DNA of 64,000 nucleotides from a virus. Below the pieces are notes generated by a model. That model made no database searches. It was not told the origin of the DNA and worked only from the letters and a program-made list of their open reading frames with translations. This document shows, in pieces, positions 26,480-35,968 of the stretch (position 1 is its first letter; each line of letters begins with the position of its first letter). The translations under genes and the position numbers were made by a program. The stretch lies in IMG/VR virus record IMGVR_UViG_3300043419_000731, positions 56,466 through 120,465 of that record; one strand, 5' to 3'.

Positions 26480-27031
26480 ATGGCTACCAGCTTTCCAACA
26501 GATATAGACAACCTCTCGAATCCATCTGCAAATGATGAGCTTACGGGACACGCAGCACAACATGCAAATGCCAACGATGCAATTGAAGCAATTCAATCAA
26601 AGCTTGGTGTGGACGGGTCAACTGATGAGAATTCAATTGACTATAAGGTAACAAACCTTGAAGCACTTGTAACAAATGTTACTAATAACTCAAACGCAAC
26701 TTCAGAACTATTGGGTCTTGAGGGAAATAATGACTTAACAGTTTATGGCATTGAAAACCCAACAAATATAGATTCATTTGCAAAAAACACATGGAGAACA
26801 GTTAGATACAATCTACAAGTAACCAAAAACAACGAAGTGTATACATCAGAGATACTAGCTTCACATGATGGAACTGACATAATGATCTCAGAAACAAACA
26901 TTATGTCTAATACAAATAACAATCTATTTACTTATACATTTGAAGAAAATTCAGGTATAATTAGTTTAAGAATCACCCCTACTTCTGGCGAAATTTCTGT
27001 AAGATTTATACGCACAGCAGTAAAGGCATAA
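26480..27031 (+). CDS. virion structural protein
   Basis: MATSFPTDIDNLSNP...H...HANANDAIEAIQ; C-terminal beta domain resembling that of the next gene. Confidence 0.6.
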   Translation: MATSFPTDIDNLSNPSANDELTGHAAQHANANDAIEAIQSKLGVDGSTDENSIDYKVTNLEALVTNVTNNSNATSELLGLEGNNDLTVYGIENPTNIDSFAKNTWRTVRYNLQVTKNNEVYTSEILASHDGTDIMISETNIMSNTNNNLFTYTFEENSGIISLRITPTSGEISVRFIRTAVKA

Positions 27032-27058
27032 AAAAAGCAACAAGAGGAGTCATAAAAT

Positions 27059-28723
27059 ATGGCAACAGTAGACAAAAACTTTAGAATTAAAAATGGCCTG
27101 GTCGTTGAAGGAGCTACAGCAACGGTCAATGGCAATGATATACTTACAAAAGATGCTGGTGATTCTTATATCATTAACCTTATTGGTGGAACAGCAACAT
27201 CTGCAAATACACCAAGCACAGTTGTAAAGCGTGATGCAAATGGTAATTTCGAGGCAGGCACACTAGCACTAACTGGAATTACAGTTCAAGATGCTGGTAG
27301 TATCTTTGAAGATTCTGGCCTTGTCATTCAGTCAAATAGCGGATATTCAATTGACATTCTTGGTAACCAGGATGTAACTATTTCATCTAGCAATGGAGAC
27401 ATTAACCTTAATCCAGATGGATCTGCTAAGGTCAATGGACAGGTAATTGCAACAAGAATTTATGCAGACGATGCCGCTTCAACAGCACAAGCAAATGCAG
27501 CTTCAGATGCTACAACAAAAGCTAACGCAGCACAGCTAGCAGCCGAAACAACAGCAGCACTAGATGCTACAAGCAAGGCTAATCAGGCTCTTTCAGATGC
27601 ACAGGCGTATGCACAAAATGCAGCAAATGCAGCACAGTCAAATGCAGAGTTCTTTGCAACATCTGCAGATTCAACACTATACGGAACAATTTCAGCTGAC
27701 ATCATAACTGCAATTGCTAATGAAGAAACAGCTCGTAATTCTGCTATTGATTCAGCAATAATGACAGAAGAGTCAGCTCGTAATTCTGCAATCAATACAG
27801 CAATTACAACAGAAGTTTCAGATAGAAACTCTGCAATTGCAACTGCAAAAAATCAAGCGATTGCAGATGCTAATTCTTACACAGATGGCAAGGTAGCAGA
27901 GCTTGTAGATTCAGCACCAGAACTTCTTGACACACTTAATGAGTTGGCTGCAGCTATTGCTGATAACCCAAATTATGCATCAGATGTTGCTAACCTAGTT
28001 GCAACAAAAGCTGACACAACATATGTAGACTCAGAAATTTCTGATCTAGATGCAGCAGCTCAGGGCTATGCCAATACAGCCCAGTCAAATGCTGAGGCAA
28101 CTGCATCAGCAGATGCAACAACTAAGGCTAACGCAGCTCAAGCAGCAGCTGAGGCAACTGCATCAGCAGATGCAACAACTAAGGCTAACGCAGCTCAAGC
28201 AGCAGCTGAGGCAACTGCATCAGCAGATGCAACAACTAAGGCTAACGCAGCATATGACAATGCTGTAGCCGCAGCAGCAACTGATGCTACAGATAAGGCT
28301 AATACAGCCCAGTCAAATGCTGAAGCAACTGCACAAACTGCGCTCAATTCAGTACTTGCGGGAGATACAAACTTCACAGAGGTTTCAATCGACTGGATGG
28401 TAAAGCATGTTGGATCATACGCATACCAGGCTGGAACTACCGAAACCGTAGCCTATAGCTGGAACCATAATGCAGGAGCTTCAGCTAAGTTCTTAGTTAG
28501 AATTAAGAATGGAATTCACTCACAGGTGTCTGAGGTTCTTTTGACTAGAGATGATGCAAATAATATTGCTATCACAGAATACGGCATGGTTACTACAAAC
28601 GGCATACTTGGAGACATTACAGCCGCTATGAATCAGAATAATATAGATCTTAAGGTAACCCCAGCACATAACACTGGAACAGAGATCTTTGTTTCTGGTA
28701 CACTTCTAAGATACGCAGATTAA
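27059..28723 (+). CDS. Ala-rich coiled-coil fibre protein
   Basis: MATVDKNF; DATTKANAAQ repeats; LDTLNELAA. Confidence 0.7.
   Translation: MATVDKNFRIKNGLVVEGATATVNGNDILTKDAGDSYIINLIGGTATSANTPSTVVKRDANGNFEAGTLALTGITVQDAGSIFEDSGLVIQSNSGYSIDILGNQDVTISSSNGDINLNPDGSAKVNGQVIATRIYADDAASTAQANAASDATTKANAAQLAAETTAALDATSKANQALSDAQAYAQNAANAAQSNAEFFATSADSTLYGTISADIITAIANEETARNSAIDSAIMTEESARNSAINTAITTEVSDRNSAIATAKNQAIADANSYTDGKVAELVDSAPELLDTLNELAAAIADNPNYASDVANLVATKADTTYVDSEISDLDAAAQGYANTAQSNAEATASADATTKANAAQAAAEATASADATTKANAAQAAAEATASADATTKANAAYDNAVAAAATDATDKANTAQSNAEATAQTALNSVLAGDTNFTEVSIDWMVKHVGSYAYQAGTTETVAYSWNHNAGASAKFLVRIKNGIHSQVSEVLLTRDDANNIAITEYGMVTTNGILGDITAAMNQNNIDLKVTPAHNTGTEIFVSGTLLRYAD
28091..28251 (+). 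repeat. perfect 57-bp tandem repeat x2.8 (19 aa)
   Basis: Units start at 28091, 28148, 28205. Confidence 0.9.
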
Positions 28724-28738
28724 TAATTAAATAAAAGG

Positions 28739-28766
28739 TTTGGGGTCCTTTCAAAACCCCACCAAA
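28739..28766 (+). terminator. imperfect hairpin after fibre gene
   Basis: TTTGGGGT...ACCCCACCAAA. Confidence 0.4.
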
Positions 28767-28791
28767 TAACATTAGGGGATAGTGAACTTAA

Positions 28792-29163
28792 ATGGCAACA
28801 GTAGATAAAAATTTTAGAGTAAAGAATGGTCTAAACGTAGCAGGTACTGCAAACTTTGATTCGGCAGTAAATGTAAATAACTTAGTCTTAAATTCGGCCC
28901 CCCTAGCTTATGACTCATCAACTGGTAGATTAAAAATCCAGATTGACGGGGCATGGAAAGAGGTTGCATTCTTAACAGATGCAGCTGAAGATCTAGGAGC
29001 ATTAACCTTCATGGATATCGGCTTGGCTATCGATTATGATGGGCAGCCAGTATATACAGTTTTTGCAAATGGAGTAAACACAACAGCTACAAAATTTGCA
29101 GATGGTGGAATTTACTCCACAGATGTTTACAGCATGACTTTTGACTCTGGAACAATTAATTAA
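28792..29163 (+). CDS. small virion protein sharing N-terminus with 27059-28723
   Basis: MATVDKNFRVKNGL vs MATVDKNFRIKNGL. Confidence 0.65.
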   Translation: MATVDKNFRVKNGLNVAGTANFDSAVNVNNLVLNSAPLAYDSSTGRLKIQIDGAWKEVAFLTDAAEDLGALTFMDIGLAIDYDGQPVYTVFANGVNTTATKFADGGIYSTDVYSMTFDSGTIN

Positions 29164-29224
29164 TTGTTTTAGAGCCTTTGTGATGCTATAATTACCAAAT
29201 AAGTCTAAATAAGGGGTGGCATAA

Positions 29225-31609
29225 ATGTCAACAGTAAGAATTCAAGTAAGAAGAGGCACAGCTTCACAGTGGACCTCAGTAAATCCAATTTTGGCAGCAG
29301 GAGAAATGGGTGTCGAGTCAGACACAAACCTATTTAAATTCGGTAACGGAACTTCTACATGGACTGCCCTTGCATATGCAAATAATTCAGACGTAGCAAT
29401 CGCTGAAATATCACAGGATGCAATTAATACCGCTCTCTCAATGGGCTCAGGTTTAACAAAGTCATACAATGATGGCACAAATACAATTCAGATCACAGTT
29501 GATTCAGATGTTGTTGCCCTAAAGTCATATGTAGACTCAGCAATTTCAAATGTCGAGGCATCAGTAACAGGCCTTGCAAATACAGTTGATTCAGACTATA
29601 TTCCAGTATCTGACCGTGGTGTCGCTGGTGGAGTTGCATCACTCGATAACAGTGGTTTAATTCCAAACTCACAGATCGATGACACAAATTGGGCAACAAA
29701 GCTACACGTAGCCTCAGTTTCTTCTGGGCTTCAGATTAAGGGTTCAGTACGTGTAACATCTACAGATAACTTTGCTGCAACACTAACAGATGGAACAACA
29801 GATGCATCAGGCGGAAATGGTGTAGGACAATACTTAACAGCATCAGCTAATGGAGCACTTGTAATTGATGGTGTAACACTAAATGCAGGAGACAGAGTTC
29901 TTCTTAAGGATCAGTCTGACGGCAAGCAAAATGGTATTTACACAGTAACAAATACAGGTGGATCTTCAGCAGCAGCAGTTTTAACTCGTGCTACAGATGC
30001 AGATAACAGCGTAGACGGAGAAGTCAGAGAAGGCCTCTTCGCATTTACTCAAGAAGGAACTGCAAATGCTCGTGACGGATACGTTCTTCTAGCAGCAGCA
30101 TCAAGATCAGGACAGATTTTCCAGCTTGGCACAGACTCACTAACATTTAGCCAATTTACTGGAGCAATCCCAGTAAATATTTCTACAGGCCTACAGAAGA
30201 CTGGCGATACAATTTCAGTAAATACATCTGAAATTGCAACAGTTAACTATGTAGACGGAATTAATAATGCTCTAACTCAAATAACAACATCACATGGAGA
30301 ACAAATTGATGCTGTTGAGATTAAGAATAATGAGCAGGATTCAGCAATAGCTATTAATACAGCAGATATTGCAACAAATACAGCAAGTATTAGCTCAATC
30401 GTAACTGTAAATAATACACAGAATACCAGACTAACATCACTAGAAGCAGCTGATGTAACTCTTGGAGGCTTGCTAGACGATGCTAATACAGCAATTGCAG
30501 ACCTAGAGACAGAGCTCAGAGGAGACCTTGCTCCAAAGAACAATGCTGAATTTACAGGTACTCTTGACTTGCCATCAACAACAACAATAGGCACAGTCCT
30601 TGGAACAGAGATTGCACATCTATCAGGTGTGACATCTGGAATCCAGACACAGATTGATTCAAAAGCATCAAATACAGATCTTTCAGATCACGCAGCCGAC
30701 ACATTATCGGTTCACGGTATTTCAGATACATCAGAACTTGAGACACAGACTGGCGCACAAGCAAAAGCAGATAACGGCAGAGATGCAGCAAAAGCTTATG
30801 CAGATAGCCTTGCATCAAACTATGACGCAGCTGGAGCAGCAACATCAGCAGTTGGCACACACAACAATGCCACAACATCTGTTCATGGAATTGCTGATAC
30901 ATCAAAGCTTGTAACAACAGATGCACAGTCCATAACATTAGATGGAGCATTAACAGTTGAGGGCAACCTTACTGTAAACGGTACAACATTTAACGCATCA
31001 GCAACATCTATTACAATTGAAGATAATCTAGTACAACTTGCACATCAAAATGCAGGTAATACAGTAGATCTTGGAATCGTAGTCGCTTACAATGATGGAT
31101 CTGCAAAGCATGCAGGTTTTGTAAGAGACGTATCTGATAATGAGTGGAAGCTCTTTAAGGGCGTAACAGATGAACCAGCAACAACTGTTAACTTCAGCCA
31201 GGGGTCACTAGATAATCTTGAGCTAAATAACTTAGTTGCAGCAGGCGTAGTCTTTACAGATGGAACACAGACAAAGCAGGGTGTACCTTCTATAACTCCT
31301 ATCGTAGAAAAAACAGCAGGCTTCAATATTTCAGATGCTGATTATAGAGATCAGATGCTTGAGGTCAGCCACACAGGTGGAAGCGCTGTAACAATAACAG
31401 TAACTGCAGATGGAACAAACGGTATCACATACCCAGTTGGAACATCTATCAGCATAACAAGAACTAATACAGGATCTGTAACAGTAGCAGGTTCTGGAAC
31501 AACAGTTAATGCTACACCAGGATTAACTTTAAGAGCACGATGGTCATCAGCGACATTATTCAAGAGAGCAGCTAACACCTGGATCTTGATGGGCGATTTG
31601 ACAGCGTAA
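29225..31609 (+). CDS. long fibre protein with Mtd-N-like N-terminus
   Basis: RRGTASQW...GEMGVESDT; GDRVLLKDQ...QNGIY domain; ITIEDN module. Confidence 0.7.
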   Translation: MSTVRIQVRRGTASQWTSVNPILAAGEMGVESDTNLFKFGNGTSTWTALAYANNSDVAIAEISQDAINTALSMGSGLTKSYNDGTNTIQITVDSDVVALKSYVDSAISNVEASVTGLANTVDSDYIPVSDRGVAGGVASLDNSGLIPNSQIDDTNWATKLHVASVSSGLQIKGSVRVTSTDNFAATLTDGTTDASGGNGVGQYLTASANGALVIDGVTLNAGDRVLLKDQSDGKQNGIYTVTNTGGSSAAAVLTRATDADNSVDGEVREGLFAFTQEGTANARDGYVLLAAASRSGQIFQLGTDSLTFSQFTGAIPVNISTGLQKTGDTISVNTSEIATVNYVDGINNALTQITTSHGEQIDAVEIKNNEQDSAIAINTADIATNTASISSIVTVNNTQNTRLTSLEAADVTLGGLLDDANTAIADLETELRGDLAPKNNAEFTGTLDLPSTTTIGTVLGTEIAHLSGVTSGIQTQIDSKASNTDLSDHAADTLSVHGISDTSELETQTGAQAKADNGRDAAKAYADSLASNYDAAGAATSAVGTHNNATTSVHGIADTSKLVTTDAQSITLDGALTVEGNLTVNGTTFNASATSITIEDNLVQLAHQNAGNTVDLGIVVAYNDGSAKHAGFVRDVSDNEWKLFKGVTDEPATTVNFSQGSLDNLELNNLVAAGVVFTDGTQTKQGVPSITPIVEKTAGFNISDADYRDQMLEVSHTGGSAVTITVTADGTNGITYPVGTSISITRTNTGSVTVAGSGTTVNATPGLTLRARWSSATLFKRAANTWILMGDLTA

Positions 31610-31638
31610 TAATTCAAAGAAAGAAATTGGAGATATAA

Positions 31639-32946
31639 ATGTCAAACAAAAAAGTAGGAATTAAATCTTCCGCCCAAGACAACTTCTTAGAGCCAAGTGC
31701 TGTAACGTCTTTATCAGCAACTGCTGTAAATGGCGGAAATAATGGAAATGGTACTGTTAACTTAACATGGTCACTTCCAGCCGCATCACCGCCAGCAACA
31801 CTTTACACAGTAACATCAAATCCAGCTACAACTACACAAACATCAGCTAGCACATCAATAACATTTAATGGGCTTACTGGAGGAACATCTTATACGTTTA
31901 CAGTAGTAGCTTCAAATGCAGCAGGAAATAGCTTGCCAACTAGCACCACATCTGGTGTTACACCAACTACACTTCCTAATGCGCCCTCAGCTCCAATAGC
32001 TTCTTCGCCAAATGCTAACCAGGACGTTATATCCTGGTCAGCACCATCTTCTAATGGTGGATCAACAATTACAGGATATAGATTAAAGTCCTCAGATGGT
32101 CCAACATATGATTATGATGCTAATACAACATCAGCAACAATTAGCGAATCAGCTGGAACAGCACAGACATATCAGGTTTTGGCAAAGAACTCGAATGGAG
32201 ATGGTCCGTACTCAGTATCAAGTAATACTATTACGACAACTGCTCCATTCTTCCCATTCTTCCCGCCATACTTCCCTTACTTCCCACCTTACTTCCCATA
32301 CTTCCCACCTTACTTCCCATTCTTCCCGTTCTTCCCACCGTTCTTCCCACCGTTCTTCCCGTTCTTCCCACCGTTCTTCCCACCGTTCTTCCCGTTCTTC
32401 CCACCGTTCTTCCCACCGTTCTTCCCATTCTTCCCACCGTTCTTCCCACCATACTTTGCAGCACCATCGTTCCCTTACTTTAAGGTAACAAAGTGTATTG
32501 CAGGAGATTCTGAAGTACTTACAACATCAGGATACAAGCCAGCAAAGGAATTAAATGTAGGAGATAAACTTCTTACAGTTGATCCAAAAGACTTCAATAA
32601 TGGTGAAATAACATCAGAGCTAAGTTTGCCAGACAAGGTATTCCTCTCTGAAACATCAATCGCCACTATCGAGTTGAGCCAAAAGGCACTGCTAAGCTTC
32701 AATGACTCACTGATTAAATTCTCAGACGCACAACCAATATTTGTGAAAGACGGAGAGTTTATTAAGTACAAGACAACTGGAGAAGTAGCTGTAGGAGATA
32801 TCCTTGCAGAAGTAAATCCAGAAACATGCCAGGTAACATACACAACAGTAGAAAAGATTACTGAGCATGAAGCAGGAGATGTCTACGATATCCGATGCTT
32901 ACCGAACCAGTGGTTCATCGTAGGAAATTATATAGTAATCTCCTAA
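31639..32946 (+). CDS. two fibronectin-III-like domains, 71-residue P/F/Y tract and C-terminal Hint domain
   Basis: LTGGTSYTFTVVASNAAG, WSAPSSNGGS; P/F/Y only at 32245-32457; Hint from Cys at 32494. Confidence 0.8.
   Translation: MSNKKVGIKSSAQDNFLEPSAVTSLSATAVNGGNNGNGTVNLTWSLPAASPPATLYTVTSNPATTTQTSASTSITFNGLTGGTSYTFTVVASNAAGNSLPTSTTSGVTPTTLPNAPSAPIASSPNANQDVISWSAPSSNGGSTITGYRLKSSDGPTYDYDANTTSATISESAGTAQTYQVLAKNSNGDGPYSVSSNTITTTAPFFPFFPPYFPYFPPYFPYFPPYFPFFPFFPPFFPPFFPFFPPFFPPFFPFFPPFFPPFFPFFPPFFPPYFAAPSFPYFKVTKCIAGDSEVLTTSGYKPAKELNVGDKLLTVDPKDFNNGEITSELSLPDKVFLSETSIATIELSQKALLSFNDSLIKFSDAQPIFVKDGEFIKYKTTGEVAVGDILAEVNPETCQVTYTTVEKITEHEAGDVYDIRCLPNQWFIVGNYIVIS
32329..32451 (+). repeat. 33-bp tandem repeat x3.7 encoding FFPPFFPPFFP
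   Basis: Units start at 32329, 32362, 32395, 32428. Confidence 0.85.
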
Positions 32947-32959
32947 AGTAATTAAACAT

Positions 32960-32992
32960 AATCAGGAGGGGTAGCACTTACCCCTCCTGATT
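32960..32992 (+). terminator. intrinsic terminator
   Basis: Perfect 14-bp stem followed by ATTTT. Confidence 0.75.
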
Positions 32993-33052
32993 ATTTTATA
33001 TAAAAAGCTTGTCTCCTGAATAATAAAATGCTATACTAAACAAGGAGGCAAA

Positions 33053-33805
33053 ATGAGTATTCAAGATACATGGTTTGATAAAGATAGATCTGAGACTTCT
33101 TCAAATAGAAGACCAGACAAAACATTTAATGGCATCACTGTTAAGAATGAGGCCCTAGGCTTAGATGTATACAAAAATGTATTTACATCTAGTCAGATTC
33201 AGAAATACATTAATGCGCTAGAAAATAATTTAAAGCCAGACACAGAGTTCTTCTGGAATGAAGCAAGAGTTACAAACTCTGAAACACCAATTAAAAAAGC
33301 AAGAGATTGCGTAGACTTTAAGATGAACTACGCCTCACTTGGCGGAGCACAGAATCAAAAGAATGCTGAGCTTTGGGAAACATATGATGAGATCTACAAA
33401 GCCCTAAAATCATGCGTGGACGACTATTGCAGGTACTGGGGAATCAATGTTACATACTATGAGGTTTTTAACTTTGTAAAGTATGAAGGCGAAGGCAAAG
33501 AGTTTAAGATTCATGCTGATGATGGACCAGCATACAAAGCAGCCGTATCTGCAGTTATTTATTTAAACAATGACTATGAAGGCGGAGAGATAGCTTTCCC
33601 AAGAATGGATAATTTGGTAATTAAGCCAGACCTTGGGGATATTGCAATATTCCCATCAAACTATATTTACGAGCATGCTTCACTTCCCATTAGATCTGGA
33701 ACAAAGTATTGCGTAGTTATTATGATGGACTTAAATGATTTAGCTCATCAAAATAATAGAATGCAAGGAAGCCCTTCTGCATTCGGAAAAGAATCAGGAT
33801 ATTAA
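33053..33805 (+). CDS. 2OG-Fe(II) oxygenase, P4H-like (1 of 7)
   Basis: HAD...YLNNDYEGGE...FPS...HAS...GTKY. Confidence 0.87.
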   Translation: MSIQDTWFDKDRSETSSNRRPDKTFNGITVKNEALGLDVYKNVFTSSQIQKYINALENNLKPDTEFFWNEARVTNSETPIKKARDCVDFKMNYASLGGAQNQKNAELWETYDEIYKALKSCVDDYCRYWGINVTYYEVFNFVKYEGEGKEFKIHADDGPAYKAAVSAVIYLNNDYEGGEIAFPRMDNLVIKPDLGDIAIFPSNYIYEHASLPIRSGTKYCVVIMMDLNDLAHQNNRMQGSPSAFGKESGY

Positions 33806-33806
33806 T

Positions 33807-34502
33807 ATGCAAGCAGAAACTAAAGAAATTGATTTTAAAGCTGAATGGGCAGAGCCAATCAAGCAGACCTGGACAGAAAAGATTGATCTAGGTTCTGGCA
33901 TTTGGCTATACAAGAATGTTATCCCAACAGATATCCCAGCTAGACTGGAAGAACTATTAGCAGACCCATCTAACCCGTATAACTGGATGGAAGCTTTTGT
34001 GGGGTACCAACAGAGTATGCCAGAGTATAGAGACTGTGTTGACTTTAAGTATAAGAAGACAGATATTAATGACCCAAGCGAAGCTGGACAAAAGCTAGTA
34101 AAGATTTGGGAGGAGTGCTATGAGCCACAAAGACAGGCTGTAAGAGATTACTCTAGAATGTATAATATTAATCAGCTTAGATACTGGGAAGCATTCAACT
34201 TTATTAGATATACACCAGGAAATCACTTTATGGAGCACCACGATCATGGATACTCATATAACTGCACAGTTTCACTTGTAGGATATTTTAATGATGACTA
34301 CGAAGGTGGAGAGCTATACTTTAGACTTCAGAACTTAAATCTAAAGCCAGAAGCTGGAGATCTTTTTATCTTCCCTTCAACATATATGTATCCACACCAA
34401 GCCAAAAAGGTGCACTCAGGAACAAAGTACTCAATTGTAACAATGCTTGATTACAGCGAGAAGTTCCATGATCCAAAGTTTTTCCAAGAGACTGGAAACT
34501 AA
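33807..34502 (+). CDS. 2OG-Fe(II) oxygenase, P4H-like (2 of 7)
   Basis: HHD...NDDYEGGE...FPS...HQA...GTKY. Confidence 0.87.
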   Translation: MQAETKEIDFKAEWAEPIKQTWTEKIDLGSGIWLYKNVIPTDIPARLEELLADPSNPYNWMEAFVGYQQSMPEYRDCVDFKYKKTDINDPSEAGQKLVKIWEECYEPQRQAVRDYSRMYNINQLRYWEAFNFIRYTPGNHFMEHHDHGYSYNCTVSLVGYFNDDYEGGELYFRLQNLNLKPEAGDLFIFPSTYMYPHQAKKVHSGTKYSIVTMLDYSEKFHDPKFFQETGN

Positions 34503-35218
34503 TGATTAACCTTACAGCCTATCAGATGGGCACAGAAACTGCATCGGTTGAGCCTTTGCAAGTAACTAGAGACTGGATGGATGCAACACCAGAAAAGCAT
34601 GCATACCATTGTTTTCCAGTAACTCAAGCCAATACTGTAGGCTGGACAATCTCTATGCCAGTAGATATTAAATTTATTTGGGATGGAGTAAATGATACAA
34701 GCGGGAATCATATAGAGATACTAGAGGGCAATAGCTTTGTTTATACAGGAAGAGGTCAGTCTTCTGTAAGCTTTAATACAAACCTATTGTTTAGATCAGA
34801 AAGCAATGTTAGCTTATTAACAATGACACCACCTAACTATTTTAATCCAGATTATCAAGTTATTGGTTCTGTTATATCTACATCATTTTTTAGAAACCCT
34901 CTACCGCTTGCAATTAAAGCATTGACTCCAAATAAAGAAATTTTAATACCTGCAGGAACACCAATTGCAACAATATTGCCAATATCTTTATCTGAACTCA
35001 AAGACTCTGTTGTAGAGGTTAAAAAGTTTCCTCAAGAAGATATGTATGAGTGGAATGAAAAGAATAGAGCCTATGGAGATGCAGCTCAAGTCTTATCCAC
35101 AAAGGGCGAGTGGACTGATTGGTATAGAGATGCTGTTGATCAAGACGGCAACAAGATTGGTGAACACGAAGCTAAATCACTTAAGCTTAAAACAGTATAC
35201 GTAGATACAGAGGTATAA
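34502..35218 (+). CDS. DUF6065-like protein
   Basis: HAYHCFPVTQANTVGW; GTPIATILP. Confidence 0.6.
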   Translation: MINLTAYQMGTETASVEPLQVTRDWMDATPEKHAYHCFPVTQANTVGWTISMPVDIKFIWDGVNDTSGNHIEILEGNSFVYTGRGQSSVSFNTNLLFRSESNVSLLTMTPPNYFNPDYQVIGSVISTSFFRNPLPLAIKALTPNKEILIPAGTPIATILPISLSELKDSVVEVKKFPQEDMYEWNEKNRAYGDAAQVLSTKGEWTDWYRDAVDQDGNKIGEHEAKSLKLKTVYVDTEV

Positions 35219-35950
35219 ATGTCTAACACCATTAAGTTTGTCAGTAATAGACCATGGCTAACAAAAGATAGCTCTTCAAAGCCAGAACCTATCATAAAGT
35301 CTATTCCAGATTGGTATAGAAAAGCTGACAGATTTGCTAAAAAACCAGATGGAGAATATTGGCAAGATCCTACAATTGGGGGAAAGATTCCTACATGGAA
35401 AGCTTGTCCAGCAATATTTGACATTATGGGAACAGGATATACGCTAAGAACTCCGTGTGATATTGAATTTATAAAGGGTGACTTCGGATCAATTGATTTT
35501 AAAATCTCTGATCCAAAGTATAAAGATTTTTGTACCAAAAGAGAACCTATGCCACAATTTCATCAGCCAGAGGGATACTATGCAATTCACTTTGCTTGGT
35601 TCCCAGATTGGGCTATAGAGACTCCAGAAGGATACAGTGTTCTTTACTCACAGCCTTTCAATAGATTTGAGTTGCCATTCCTAACTACATCTGGAATCAT
35701 TGATAATGATAAGGTAAACTTGCCAGGGTCAATGCCTTTCTTTTTGCAAAAAGGTTTTAGTGGAATTCTTCCAGCAGGAACTCCTTACGCACAGATGCTT
35801 CCATTTAAAAGAGAAGACTGGGAGCATGAGATTGTTATAGAAAAAGCTTCAAAGCTACAAAGTAAAAATATGGAAAACTCAGCAAAATATAGAAAGCCAG
35901 ACGGCGGAATATACAAAAACGAAGTATGGTCTAAGAGAACATACTCATGA
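35219..35950 (+). CDS. DUF6065-related protein (dUTPase-like beta fold suspected)
   Basis: PDWYRK, KACPAIFD...GY, SGIIDND, GTPYAQMLPFKRE. Confidence 0.55.
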   Translation: MSNTIKFVSNRPWLTKDSSSKPEPIIKSIPDWYRKADRFAKKPDGEYWQDPTIGGKIPTWKACPAIFDIMGTGYTLRTPCDIEFIKGDFGSIDFKISDPKYKDFCTKREPMPQFHQPEGYYAIHFAWFPDWAIETPEGYSVLYSQPFNRFELPFLTTSGIIDNDKVNLPGSMPFFLQKGFSGILPAGTPYAQMLPFKREDWEHEIVIEKASKLQSKNMENSAKYRKPDGGIYKNEVWSKRTYS

Positions 35951-35968
35951 GGATGGTATAATTAAATT

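Noticed and set aside
28050-28377. Gln-rich alternative-frame and antisense ORFs
   Set aside because: Shadows of the 57-bp coding repeat
21707-31609. Diversity-generating retroelement suggested by Mtd-N-like domains
   Set aside because: No reverse transcriptase and no TR/VR pair differing at adenines seen; Mtd-N is only a structural module
32096-32488. Alternative-frame ORFs (SSHRSSRSSH; antisense GRTVGRT at 32231-32467)
   Set aside because: By-products of the stop-free P/F repeat; no RBS or independent support
25981-32946. Hint domains as mobile self-splicing inteins
   Set aside because: No C-extein, no terminal His-Asn, no homing endonuclease motifs
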